Positions 26,605-39,760 of a stretch of DNA of 64,000 bases are shown one piece after another. Both the position numbers and the translations under genes were made by a program. Origin of the DNA: Eledone cirrhosa (taxonomy: Eukaryota); assembly GCA_964016885.1 (NCBI GenBank), contig OZ024741.1:191022001-191086000 (forward strand). The letters are read 5' to 3'. The notes under the pieces were generated by a model, which was not told the DNA's origin, made no database searches, and saw nothing but the letters and a program-made list of their open reading frames with translations. Position 1 is the first letter of the stretch. Every line of letters begins with the position of its first letter.

Positions 26605-27790
26605 GAGCTCTGGATAGAGATAGCACCTTTGTTGTCTGGCAGATGCATTCGAGACAACTCTGCATAGGGCAACATCCCCAGCATGTACAATAGCATAAAG
26701 AAGGCCCTAGGTCCTGCTGTGGAAAGGACTGCCCTCTTCAGATCTTTGGTGAGGGAGAATATCACCAACCACGAGGGGCAGATGGCCAGACGGGTGCAGC
26801 ATTATTCAGAACTGTACTCCTGCAGAAAGTCTGTCTCTGACACTGCACTCAGTGGAGGAGCTAGACAGAGTACCATCTATAGAGGAGCTCAACAAAGCCA
26901 TTAACTCCCTCTCAACTGACAAAGCACCAAGTACTAACAACATCCCACCTGAAGCCATCAAATACGGAAAACCAGTCTTGCTTCAACCAGTGTATGAGCT
27001 ACTGTGCCTCTGCTGGGAGGAAGGTGCAGTCCCTTAGGCTCTTGAAACACTTTACCAAAACAAAGGTGACCACAGTAACTGCAATATTTATAGAGGAATC
27101 TTACTCCTGGGGATCGTTGGAAAGGTGTATGCCCATATCCTCCTCAACAGGCTGCAGTTGCTCATGGATTATGTCTATCCAGAATCCCAGTATGGTTTCA
27201 GGGCAGGTAGATCAACAACCGACATGATAGCAGGGCCAGCCACTCTGCATGATGTTTATAGACCTTACCAAGGCCTTTGACCAGGTCAGCAGAGAGGGCC
27301 TATTCAAACTTCTCAAGTGAATCGGCTGCCCCCCAAAACTCTGCAGCTTGGTGATCTCCTTCCATAGTGACATGAAGGAAACAGTCCTGTATGATAGATC
27401 TTCCTCGTATCCCTTCCCCATCAACAGTGGTATTAAGCAGGGATGCATGCTGGCGCCGACGCTCTTTGTGATCTCCTTCTCTCTGGTTATATCCTATGCC
27501 TTTGACACACCCACTGATGGTGTCTAACTGCACACCAGATCAGACAGGAAAGTCTTTAATCTATCATAGCGGCACTCAGAGACTAAGGTGAAGAGGGTGC
27601 TCATTAGAGAGATGCTTTTTGCTAATGACATTAGCCCTTGTGGCTCACTCTGAGGAAGTTCTCTGGTAACTGAGTGATTGCTTTGCTGATGCTTACCATA
27701 AGCCTGAAGAAGACCAACGTCAGTTCACAGTATGTTAATACAGCCACCTCAACCAAAATCAAAATCGATAATGTCTCTCTGGAAGCTGTG
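26605..27790 (+). mobile_element. RTE (BovB-like) LINE RT fragment
   Basis: YRGILLLGIVGKVYA, PESQYGFRAGRST, FIDLTKAFD, GIKQGCMLAP, LFAND. Confidence 0.85.
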
Positions 27791-28388
27791 ACAACCCATC
27801 CAACCCATGCTAGAATGAAACCCGGATATAAAACCATGATAATGATACATATGTATATATAAACTTATACACCTCTTTCTTGTATATTCTGTTATTTAAT
27901 CTATATGTTGTACCAGAAACAACATCACTAAAAAGAAAAAAACAAACTTTAGACTTAATATTTATTTAGCACATATTGGTGCTGGCCGTTGTAGTGTAAA
28001 TACTCATTAAACAGGTTCATAGCAGTTAGTGACTGAGGTTCTGCTTTATTTGAACTTATTTAACACAGAAGAACCATGCTATTGAGTCCATATCTAATAA
28101 GCTAAGTCTCCTTCATTTAAGGATTATAATTTAGGGATTAAAATCACATCCCAGCAGAAAAAGACTAATTATTGTAATAAAATATTAACAAAATTATGAA
28201 TCACAGTTTGATAAAATTCTATCTTGACTTTTCTAGTATTTTAGGGGAAAGCTTATTGGAATTAAAACCTCCAAAATGAAGAAGTTGAAGATATGTGACT
28301 TACTTAATGACTACCCCATAATGTAACTTTGAAAAACTAGTGCTGAATGAATTGAAAGCAATGCAGTTTTGTATTTATATATATATAT

Positions 28389-28730
28389 GGAGGCACATGG
28401 CTTAGTGGTTAGAGCATTGGCCTTGCAATCGAAAGGTTGTGAGTTCAATTCTCAGACCGAGTGATGTGTTGTTTCCTTGAGCAAGACACTTTATTTCACA
28501 TTTCTCCAGTTTACTCAGCTTTAGAAATGAGATGATAGGGACTGGGGTCCCTATTATTCCACTGCAAAGTGGTCATGGAGGTGCCATGGCAAAAAAGCAC
28601 CCAGCACTCACTGTAAATGAGGTTGGTGTTAGGAAGGGCATCCAGCTGTAGAAATCAAGCCAGAATCAGTTCCCACCCCATCCTTGCAAGCAGGGAAAAG
28701 CGGACGTAAAATAATGATTCTATGATGATT
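28389..28730 (+). mobile_element. SINE family A, full length
   Basis: GGAGGCACATGGCTTAGTGGTTAGAGC..GAGTTCAATTC head; RTE-like tail. Confidence 0.9.
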
Positions 28731-28734
28731 GATA

Positions 28735-29608
28735 TTATATATATATATATAAAGTTGTAGTTCCTGTCTGTTTGTTTTTTTGTTTGTTTGTTCACGAACT
28801 CCTCCATGGTTTTGGAGATATACCTACATAACCATATATATTCTGAAACTACATTGCCCAGGGTACTTGGATAAGTATATTTCATTTTAATCAAATGGTT
28901 CCCTGGGTCACAAACCCCCGCTGAAAATCTTTTCCCTTTGATTTATATGAAATTTAAACCATAGATAAATGACAATATATGATGTCTATTCACAACATTT
29001 CAGCAATATTATAGTTTCAGTAATATTATAATAGTTTCACTATAGGAGGTTAAACCCCCTATAGTGAAACTTTTGGCCAATAAATGGAACAAGATGTGTT
29101 GTAACAAGATTGTATGAGAACTTGATTGAAGCAACCATTATATTCGGGGCTTACAAAGGTCAAGCTCTTCTAATTCCGAGGATTCCACTTATACCAAGTG
29201 ATAGCGAGTTGCCTTTTACATTTAAGAGGCTGTAGTTCCCAGTGAGGCCATGTTTTGTCATGAGCATCAATAAGAGTCAAGGTCAAACTTTCAAAACTAT
29301 TGGTATAGATCTGACAAACCTATGTTTCAGTCATGGCATGTTTTATTGGGCTGTTTCAAGGACTGGAACTTCAAAGAATCTCTACATTTTAGCCAATCAA
29401 AGAAAGACAAGACATTTTGTTTACCCTGAAGTTCTTCATTAGGACAAAGTATGAAATATATTCTCATGTATTTAATATGTTAAAAAATAATGTTTTCCAA
29501 TTTTTCATGCATTACATTTTACATTGAGTAATATTGAAATGCAGAGTTTTTCTCCATAAATTATATCACTAATTTAAAATCAGTCATCATTTTCTTACAA
29601 AAAAAAAT
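28735..29608 (+). mobile_element. Internally deleted Helitron with Pif1 helicase C-terminal fragment (~29083-29442)
   Basis: NGTRCVV..IPRIPLIPSD..FKRL*FPVRPCFVMSINKSQGQTF..FSHG..AVSR..VYPEVL. Confidence 0.85.
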
Positions 29609-29934
29609 GTGTGAGAGAGAAACTGGGTATAAGAGGGATAATAAATTGTGGTGTGCAGGAGAGAAGACTGAGATGGTATGGACATGTGATGCTCATGGAA
29701 GATGACCGCTGGGTAAAGAAGTGCCAAGAAATCTCAGTAGAAGGAAGACGCAGTAGAGGAAGACCACGACAAAACTTGGGCAGAGGTGGTGAGAGCAGAC
29801 TTCAGATCGCTGAAACTCACCGAGGAGATGTCGAAGCACCGTGACAAGTGGAGAGATGTTGTGCTGAATAGGACCCGTCCCACCCTTGCAAGCAGGGAAA
29901 AGCGGACATAAAATGATGATGATGATGATGATGA

Positions 29935-29938
<4 letters not shown>
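29609..29938 (+). mobile_element. RTE LINE 3' end
   Basis: ERRLRWYGHV..GRPR; tail nearly identical to the SINE A 3' terminus. Confidence 0.9.
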
Positions 29939-29980
<42 letters not shown>

Positions 29981-30699
29981 GGGGAGGAATTTTTGTTTAA
30001 TAGTAGTTGGTAAAGCATTAACATATTCAGTCATCTAGTCTATATGTACACGCATATGAACCCACACTTGCACTCATTCACTCACATGCAAATGCACATA
30101 TATATATGAATATATATGCTGCACATATTTTGTACTATGTGCATGTGTATGTGTTTAAGTGTGCACATATGTATATATGTATGTGAGTGTGTGGGCATGT
30201 ATGTGTGCATGTAAGTGTTAGTGCATGTACATATGTGTATGTATGTGTGTCTGTAAGGGTTTCTGAGTTGAAGCCTTGCTGGCATTAAGTGTTATTTTTC
30301 ACCCTTCCAGGGTCAATAAATTATGTCCTGTTAACAGACTGGACTTATGTAATTTAAAATACATGCTTTGCCTGAAAACATGGGCATTCTGTAAAGTTGA
30401 AGAAAATCATAAAGTATTTTAGAGGGAGTGAAATGGCAGAGAGTGAGAGTGTGTTGAACAATGAAAAAATATGACAAGTTGAAGTAGTTAATTAATCCAT
30501 TGTTTTACAATTGTTTCATCGAGCCAAATTAATCAATGGCAGTTATGCAATTTCATACCATTAGCCCCAAGAAAGACATCCATTCGGCTATCTATCGTAT
30601 GTATTCTCATGTTTCAACTCTGTTTTCTATGCTAGCATGAGTTGGACATTAAATGATGATGATGATGATGATATAGGTGTGGTGTGGAGCAAGGAAGTG

Positions 30700-31047
30700 C
30701 ACTAGGGAGGTTTTCATGTTATGTCTTATTTGTCATACCACCAGCACTAGGGAGGCTGTCATGTCTTATTTCTCACTCCACCAGTACTAGGGAGGTTGTC
30801 ATGCTTTATTTCTCACTCCACCAGTACTAGGGAGGTTGTCATGTTTTATTTCTCACTCCACCAGCACTAGGGAGGTTGTCATGTTTTATTTCTCACTCCA
30901 CCAGTACTAGGGAGGTTGTCATGTTTTATTTCTCACTCCACCAACTCTAGGGAGGTTGTCATGTTTTATTTCTCACTCCACCAGCACTAGGGAGGTTGTT
31001 ATGTCTTATTTCTCACTCCACCAACTCTAGGGAGGTTGTCATGTTTT
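30700..31047. repeat. 40-bp minisatellite, about 8 copies
   Basis: CTAGGGAGGTTGTCATGTTTTATTTCTCACTCCACCAGCA unit. Confidence 0.95.
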
Positions 31048-31447
31048 GATTTAGCAATAGAGATTGTGGTGTTTTAGGGTGGGTTATTGTGGTAGTGGTG
31101 GTGGAGTGGGCTTTGTAATGGGAAGTAAATCGTTAGAGAGAAATCAGCAGAAGATAATTAGGTGGATATGGAAGAGAAAGTGGAGAGACACACAGACAAA
31201 TCGAGTGGTGGTATATAGAGGTGTTTGTGTGAGCATATGAGACAGTGAGATAAAAAAGGGGAGATTAAAGAAGCAGCTATGTGTGTGTATATATATTATA
31301 GAACACACACACATATATATATATATGTGTGTGTGTGTAGGGGGAGTACTAGCATACGTGTGTATATGTGTATGCATGTGTGTCTGTATGCGTACATGTG
31401 AATACAAACATAAGGAAAGGTACTCAATACATAGAGTTAGTAATAAT

Positions 31448-31616
31448 TGTTTCTACTTTAGGCACAAGGCCAGCAATTACCCAGTGCGTTACTGGTACTT
31501 TATTTTATCGACCCCGTAAGGATGAAAGGCAAAGTTAACCTTGAGGGGATTTGAACTCAGATCATAAAGGGACTTAACTATGCTGGAAAGCATGGCGTCC
31601 GACCCTCTACCGATAC
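31448..31616 (-). mobile_element. SINE B flanked by a 110-bp direct repeat (31338-31447, 31617-31726)
   Basis: Both flanks read TAGGGGGAGTACTAGC..AGAGTTAGTAATAAT. Confidence 0.85.
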
Positions 31617-32231
31617 TAGGGGGAGTACTAGCATACGTGTGTATATGTGTATGCATGTGTGTCTGTATGCGTACATGTGAATACAAACATAAGGAAAGGT
31701 ACTCAATACATAGAGTTAGTAATAATGGATTCTAATTTTGGTACAAGACCAGCAATTTGGAGGAAAGGAGAAAGTCAATTATGCCAACCCCAGTACTTGA
31801 CTGGTATTCTATTTTAGCGAACCCAAAAGGATGAAAATCAAAGTTGACTTTGGAGTGATTTGAACTGGAAGAAATACAACTAAATTTGAATTGGAAGAAA
31901 TACAACTAAATATTTACCCATCACTCTAATGATTCTACAAATCTACTGCTGTAGTAGAATTAGTAATAATAACACTAAACAGTGTAATAACTTAGTCTTA
32001 ATATTGCTGTAAAAATCATTAGGGTCATTAAAATGTAAAACAAAATGCCTTGTGGTGTTTGTTCAAGCTTTTTAAATTCTGAATTCAAGTCCTGCCTAAG
32101 TCAACTTTGTTTTTTATTCTTCCATTGTGGACAAAATAAAGTACTGCTTTTTATTTAATCAACCAGCACACCTCCACAAAAAACATTTCTAGCTAAATGC
32201 TTATGTTATAAAAAATTATTATTATTATTCC

Positions 32232-32405
32232 AGGATTGGCAGTATCGGTAGAGGGTCGGACGCTATGCTTTGCAGCATTGTTACGTCCCTTTACGGACTG
32301 AGTTCAAATCCCGCCGAGGTTAACTTTGCCTTTTATCCTTACGGGGTCGATAAAATAAAGTACCAGTAATGCTGGCCTTGTGGCAAAAGTAGAAACAATT
32401 ATTAT
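32232..32405 (+). mobile_element. SINE family B (further copies at ~35990-36105 minus, 49862-50090, 52288-52465, 56925-56990, 61170-61335; older ones at 31730, 45300, 46350 minus)
   Basis: Same head and central domain. Confidence 0.85.
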
Positions 32406-32588
32406 TCCAATGATGGATGCTTGGCATCATGTGTATTGTTAGTTACTCACACCCCTATATTGTTGATGGAATGTCCATCATTTCATTTCATAATGAATTA
32501 ATGGGGAACAAGAGGGATGGTGATTCAAAGGTTTGCTGTGGATAATGATAATGAAGAAACAGTGCTTGAACAGTGTTGGTTGTCCTAG

Positions 32589-32643
32589 GAGGAATTGATA
32601 TGGACATTGATGAGGAGGACAGTGATGGCGGTCCAGATGTTAG
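32589..32643 (+). CDS. Candidate host micro-exon (GIDMDIDEEDSDGGPDV)
   Basis: GTCCTAG| acceptor, TAG|GTAAGG donor, acidic peptide in unique sequence; no homology recognised. Confidence 0.3.
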
Positions 32644-33019
32644 GTAAGGGCATTACACAAATAACCTATTCCAAATAGTATTTAGTTTTGAGAATTATGA
32701 ACACATTTATAAAATGTCTTACAATATTAACCCTTTTGATAGCAACTTGTCCAAAACCACCCCTGCTTCTATGAAACAAAACTACCCATTTTAAAGGGTT
32801 CTTACTTAAACTAAAACCTCCCCACACAATTTTTTACAAGAACTTTCTATTATGATGCAAATACCATCTTAATGAAATTATAATTTTAGTAGATCCTTCC
32901 CAAATTCTTCATTAATTAATTAAAATACAAATTATTTTATTAAAGATACTGTAACAAAAGGGTTAACAAGAGAGACAGTGGATAAGTTATATAGATATAG
33001 CATTAGGGTAAGCCTGATG

Positions 33020-34812
33020 CATTTATTAGAGGGCCCAACAATACAACTCAGCAGTAGTGTAATAAGTAAGGCAATTAAAGATATGAAGACTGGGAAGGCA
33101 ACCAGTCCATCGGGTATAACTACCAAGATGCTAAAAGCATCTGGGTTGGTAGGTCACACCATTAACACACGTATTGTTAACCAGGTAATACTAGAAGTTG
33201 ACATACCAAAGGATTGGTGCAGCAGCATCATTGTCAAAAGCTACACGGGTAAAGGAGATGCACTAGATAAAGGAAACTATAGGGGTATAAATCTGATGGA
33301 CCAGGTCATGAAAGTAACGGAAAGAGTTACAGCACAGCTGATTAGGGACCAAATAAACTAGATGGGATGCAGTTTTGGTTTGTGCAAGGCAAAAGCACAA
33401 CTGATGCTCTCTTCCTTGAGAGGCATTTACAGGAAAAGTACCTAGCTAAAAGTAAGTTGCTCTGCCTGGCATTTGTAGGGTTAACAATGACTATAGCAAA
33501 GAATTTAGCATACAGGTTGGTGTCCACCAGGGCTCTGATCTTAGCCCTCTCTTGTTTATTATCATATTGCAGGCTATAACAGAGGAGTTTAAGACTGGAT
33601 GCCCATGGGAACTTCTGTACGTGGATGATCTTACACTTATAGCTGAATCTATGGTGGAACTTGAGAAGAAATTTCAAACATGGAAGCAGGGACTAGAAAG
33701 AAGGCGTCTGAAAGTCAACCTGACAAAGACTAAGATTCCCTCAGGGAAAAGGCCTTGCTCAGTATGTAGGAAAGGTGTAGGTAGAAGTTCCATCCTCTGC
33801 CCCTAATGCAAGAGATGTAGGGGGATCTCAGGAAGTTTAATTAAGAACGTAGGCTTTATATGTAGCAGCTGCACTGGAACAGTAAGCAGCAAACGGCCAC
33901 ATGAAACAAGCGCAACCAAACTCTGGGAGGGCTATGTAGAAACAGTAGACAGCTTTTGCTACCTAGGTGACCAAATTAGCAGCGGAGGTGGGTGTTCTGA
34001 AAGTACAGTAGCCAGGGTAATAATGTGATGGAAGAAATTCAGGGAGCTACTACCACTGCTAGCTGCAAAAGGCTTTTCCCTCAAAATGAAAGGTAGACTG
34101 TATGATGTGTGCCTACAAACAGCAATACTACATGGTAGTGAGACGTGGGCATTGTGTGCAGAAGATTTGCGTAGATTAGAAAGAAACAAAACTTACATGC
34201 TCCGGTGGATATGTAATAGCAAATGGAATGGCAAAGCATAAACGAATTGTGAGAGAGACTAAGCATAAGAGGAATCAAATGCTGTGTGCAACAGAGGAGA
34301 TTGCGTTGGTATGGACATGTGATGTGTATAAAAGATGACGGCTGCATAAGAAGATACAGAGCACTAAAAGTCGATGGAAGCCTTAGAGTATGGAGACCCA
34401 AGAAGACCTGGGATGAGGTGATAAAAGCACCTCTCAAAGGCGATGGCACAGGACTGAAACCGCTGGCGTTATACAGTAATACAGAAGACCCGACTTCGCA
34501 CAGGTACAAGCCGAAGCTGAAGCATATAACAGTATACCCCCCTCCCACTGTAAAGTGGTCGTGTAGGTATCACAACAAAAAAGCACCCAGTCCACACTGT
34601 AAAGTGTAGGCACCACGGTAAAAAATCACCCAGTACTCACTGTAAATGAGGTTGGTGTTAGGAAGGGCATCCAGCTGTAGAAATCAAGCCAAAATCAGTT
34701 CTGTATGGGCGAGACATGGTCACCTGACCTAGCATTGTCCACAACAGGACAACCCATTTAACCCATGCTAGCATGGAAGAATGACGTAAAACGGGGATGA
34801 TGATGATGATTA
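33020..34812 (+). mobile_element. RTE LINE, decayed, with 3' UTR
   Basis: KGDALDKGNYRGINLM, STTDALF, LLYVDDL, LRWYGHV; (GAT)n tail. Confidence 0.9.
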
Positions 34813-36831
34813 TGACGTTTGAAATACTGCTGGTTACTGTTTTATGGAAATACTTGGAAAGGGAGAGAGTTCTACAGGTTTTTTTTTTTTATATCCAGGT
34901 CTATCTATAGGGTTTACTGTGGAATATAGGGAGATTTAAGCAGAGAACTATAGTATGAGTGACAATGAGCTGTGGTGTGACAATTAATTATGTGAAAATG
35001 GAGGTAGATGAAAATGTAGTTAGATAAAGACAGTTGTGATAAAACAGGGAAATATATAAGAAATCACTTAAATCCCTGATTCATCTTCATCACCATTATT
35101 TTATGCCAATTTTCCATGCTGGCATAGGTTGGCTAGGTTGTCACAGTTTGAGACTATATGGAGCCCAAAACCACATCTTACCTGTGCATTCCATATTTAG
35201 CATACTTTTTATGGATGCCCTTCTTAATGCCTACCACTTTACAGTGTGTACTGGGTGCATTTTATCATAATATTAGCACTAAGGAGGTTGTCATCTTTGA
35301 CATCACTAAAGCACCCTCTCTGCCCAATGCTGTCTCTGATAAAGTGTGCTGGCTGCATTTTATTTTCTGTAAAATCTAACTCCTAAAATGTCTGAACAAT
35401 TCATATAAAAATATCTTTTTCAATTCACAATAGCTTAAAAATGTTTGGAAAATTATAAAAGTAATTAAGAAAAAAAAATGAATTTCCTTTTTTGGGAGAT
35501 TTTAAAACTTAATTTTTCATAATATATGCAAGTCACTTTTATAATGGAACATTAAACTTAAAGATTAAACCAAGGAGTTTTGTTTAATATTCATGGCTTT
35601 GTCTGAAAAACTTAGTGGTTTATTGGATTTCTTAATTAGATTTACATATGTTTAAGTTTAGTTCAGAAGACATAGTTGTACTTGTGGAATAAAAAAATTG
35701 CTGTTAAACCTAGGACAGTTTTAAAGGATCTAGAATTTTAATTAATCCAACTATGTTTTTGCTTGGTCAACAGCAATAATTTTTATGGCAGGGGTTTTTG
35801 TGTTCAAATTTTCCCTTGCACTTAGAGGTTGATTAATGAAGATTTATTGATAGAAATGTTAATTAAGGGAAATATAACATTACATACAACACTGTATCAC
35901 TTTTAAAATGTTGTATTTAAAACCATTGCCACACTTTGTTAAAGTTATCAAGTGGTCTCTGCAGTTTGTTCACTTTCATTCACTAATTAATAATAATTGT
36001 TTCTACTTTTTGGCACAAGGCCAGCAATTACCCAGTGCATTACTGGTACTTTATTTTATCGACCCCGTAAGGATGAAAGGCAAAGTTAACCTCGGTGGGT
36101 TTCAAATTAATTAATAATAATGATTTTAAAGCAAAGGTAAAGTTCTAGAATTTTAATGTTCAATATTGAATATCTCAGAATTAGTGCACTAAAGGAGTAG
36201 AATGTACCAGGTGGGACTTCTAGAAAGTTCACATAACTGACCCTAAAAATCAAAAGAATTGAGTATTTTGATAATTTAAATTGACTTCAGAAATTAAGTG
36301 AAATTCAAGTCATGATGAAAAAGTACTTTAGCAGGCTCTAATAACTAAATTCTGTAGAAAACAAAAATTAATAAAGTAGTAATTAATATAAATGACATGT
36401 TTCTCTATTATCAAAATTAGATTTTCATTTTGTAAGTATGTTTAATTTAAGTTTTCATTTCTAAGACAGAATATTCCTTAAAAATCAGTTCATTTTGAAG
36501 TGGTGGAAACATTCCTTAGAGCAGTTGTAATCAACACTTAATGGTGTATTAAGGTTCCATAGTTATACACGAGTCAAGATGGGTGTATGTGAAAGTGTGG
36601 GCGTTTGTGAATATATATACACATATTCTATACACACAAACATATATACACACAGGCACTCTTACACACACATGTGGATGTATGTAACTCTTGGCGTGAG
36701 TGGGTGTTTCTGAATACACACACACACACACATATATATACACAGAGACACTCATACTCACACATGTGGATGTATGTGACTCTTGGTGTGTGTGGGTGTT
36801 TCTGAATATATATATATATATAAGTTGTAAT

Positions 36832-36945
36832 AAAATGAAAACGAAATTTCATTTCTCACTCTTAGTACGGCATTTACTTAAATGTAAGTATGTATGTATA
36901 CGTACATACATATATGTATATGTATACAGACGTACAGTAGCATGC

Positions 36946-36976
<31 letters not shown>

Positions 36977-37172
36977 CAGGTACACATACATATATGTACG
37001 CATCAGTTTAGCGGACGCTTATTATAGCGCCCGCTTTGTTCGTTTGTAAACAAACTGAACAGCCTGAATTTATGCCGCACGGTGTTAAGGCAACCACGTC
37101 ACCTTTTTGTTCAACACTGACACAGGAACGATGTACTAGTTTCAAGCTTGTTAGCTATCATCAGCACCGTAT
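36832..37172 (-). mobile_element. Hammerhead-bearing repeat family H1
   Basis: Reverse-complement homolog of 59717-60350. Confidence 0.75.
37129..37169 (-). ncRNA. Minimal type I hammerhead ribozyme
   Basis: CGGTG-CTGATGA-T-AGCT(AACA)AGCT-T-GAAA-CTAG-TA^CATCG; stem I pairs; palindromic stem III ACTAGT. Confidence 0.7.
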
Positions 37173-37194
37173 ATATATATATATATATATATAT

Positions 37195-37533
37195 CATCAT
37201 CATCATCATCATCATTTTACGTCCTCTTTTCACTGCTTGCAAGGGTGGGACGGGAACTGATTCTGGCTTGATTTCTACAGCTGGATGCCCTTCCTAACAC
37301 CAACCTCATTTACAGTGAGTGCTGGGTGCTTTTTTGCCATGGCGCCTACATGACCACTTTGCAGTGGAATGATAGGGGCCCCAGTCCCTATCATCTCAGT
37401 TCTACAGCTGAGTAAACTGGAGCAATATGAAATAAAGTGTCTTGCTCAAGGAAACAACACATCACCTGGTCTGAGAATTGAACTCACAACCTTTCGATTG
37501 CAAGCCCAATGCTCTAACCATAAGCCATGTGCC
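37195..37533 (-). mobile_element. SINE family A
   Basis: Reverse complement of the 28389 copy. Confidence 0.9.
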
Positions 37534-37557
37534 TATATATATATATATATATATTAT

Positions 37558-38262
37558 GTCGGGTCACTCTTGAGTGCTACTGGTAACATGTAACCAAGTT
37601 TACTTGGTGAGGAGGGTAATTTTGGACACCCTGCAGGACAAAAAACAAAACCTGACAAAGGGCGGAAGAACTCATAAGGGTCAACGGCCATCCAAAAGTG
37701 AGTAAATATGTATATACACATGTACATATGTATGTATATGTATATGTGTATATACATGGGTGCATGTGTATGTAAATGCACGGGGACATAGAAATAGTCG
37801 GGCTGGACACCCGATCGCGTGGTTGAACCACTGGGAGTGAAGGACCCCTAGCCTTTGTCAGGGCATTCTTCTAGGAGAAGGGAACTCAGGAAACTGGGAT
37901 AACTTCGATATAAAACCTGCAGCTCAGTAGTTACCGATGATGTTGATCTTTTCCTCTTTTCGGGTTATAGATACTGTCGCTCAGAGAGTGGGATTGGCTC
38001 AGTGCACAGTCTTTCCTCACTTTAAAAAATATCTTCACACACAGGCATTGCATGATAGAATTAATTAATAATTATTAATAATGGTATATCGTGCAATGAA
38101 CATACTGATATATATATATATATGTATATATAGATACATACATATATATATGTATATATGATGGCTGCCCCCTCGTTATCAGTATGGCCATTGCACGATA
38201 TACCATTATTAATAATTATTAATTAATTCTATCATGCAATGCCTGTGTGTGAAGATATTTTT

Positions 38263-38263
<1 letters not shown>
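37558..38263 (+). mobile_element. Family C relative with an inverted duplication of its 3' end
   Basis: 37558-37697 matches 55695-55888; 37840-38050 resembles 55900-56090; inverted repeat 38024-38110 / 38177-38263. Confidence 0.6.
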
Positions 38264-38307
<44 letters not shown>

Positions 38308-38339
38308 ACAATTATTCATCATATGCATTTACATACATA

Positions 38340-38988
38340 TCATCATCATCATCATCATCAACGTTTAACGTCCGTGTTCCACGCTTGCATGGGTTTGGAC
38401 GGGGGTAGTCCCACTTGAGGCAAGAGTGATTGTCTTGCTCGCATAGGACTGTCTGGCAGGTTTTCTACAGTTGGATGCCCTTCCTAACACCAACCACATT
38501 TACAGTGTGGGTCTGGGAGGTTTTTACCGTGTTGCCTACACGGCCACATTACAGCGTGGACTGTGTGTTTTTTTGTCGTGACACCTACACGATCTCATTT
38601 GTTTCGGCCTGGATGGCGCGGCACCAACATAACTTTACATAGAACGGGGTGGTGTGGATGGGGTGGGGGTGGTGGCGGGACGGGGTGTAGTTTGTTAGAG
38701 ATGCCTACTGGCAAGGCGGGTCTTCTCTGTTACTGAGTACCGCCAAAGGTCACGGTCCAGTGACATTGTCTTGGAGAGGTGTAAGTGTGTGAGGTCGGAG
38801 TTTATCAGCTCATCCCATGTTTTTCTAGGTCTGCCTATTCCGTGGCTACCGTCTATCTTTATTGCCCTGCACTTTGTAATACAGCTATCGACTTTCATGC
38901 GCATCACGTGTCCATACCAACGCAGCCTTCTCTCGAGTAAACAACATCTGATCCCTCTTATCTCTAATTTTTTCCTTAGTTCGTTTAT
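38340..38988 (-). mobile_element. RTE LINE 3' end
   Basis: Near-identical inverse of 41241-41915. Confidence 0.9.
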
Positions 38989-39399
38989 AATTCATACACA
39001 TGAAATATCATTGTACAACCTTAGGTTTCATGGTCTCACATAAGTGCAAACGTTTGTCAGCCACATGTTTGAATGAGACACACACACGAACACACACACA
39101 CACCCACACATACACACACACACACAGACATACACAGACACACACACAGACATACACACACACACACAGATACACAGGACCTAGTTAATCACAGATATTG
39201 GAAAGTGGTCTTCTTTGATTTTGACTTAATTGATACATCACCATACATCTATATCTCTCCACAGGAATAGATACTCTAAAACTCTTAGAATCTGACCTGT
39301 TAGATTTATAAGTGAATATTAAATTACATAAGTACAATAATGCCTACCAAACTAAACTTGCACATAACATGAAACAAATAAAAAAAAACAACAATAGAA

Positions 39400-39760
39400 T
39401 GTGAGAAACCAACATCAAATGAATAAAACCACCCAAAACTGCATAAAAACAAATGCTAACACATAATATAAATAAGGAAGTGAAAACCATAACAAAACAC
39501 TTAAAACTAGACAATAGATTGCAAATCTTAGCTAAATGCCAAGCGTTTATAACTATTAAGGCTGGTAAGGAGGAAAAATGTGTATCCAATTTTAAAGGCC
39601 GGTCAATTAATCCAGCTAAAATCAAAATGAGATAAGATAGTAAGATTTTAAATAATCTTACTTCATAACATTAGGAAAGTTACCAACCTACATCAGTGGA
39701 ATAATAATTATCACGTTATTATCTCTTTCATTTTCTCAATTTGATATATTTACTAAGAAC
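39400..39760 (+). mobile_element. Penelope-like RT N-terminal remnant (Naiad-like)
   Basis: INKEVKTITKHLKLDNRLQILAKCQAFITIK..RSINPAK resembles the PLE AFITLKDHK..RLINPAK motif. Confidence 0.55.

Noticed and set aside
28389-28465. tRNA gene
   Set aside because: A and B boxes are present but the acceptor stem is incomplete and it continues into a SINE body
29242-29442. Host PIF1 gene
   Set aside because: Intronless fragment with an in-frame stop inside Helitron-type flanks
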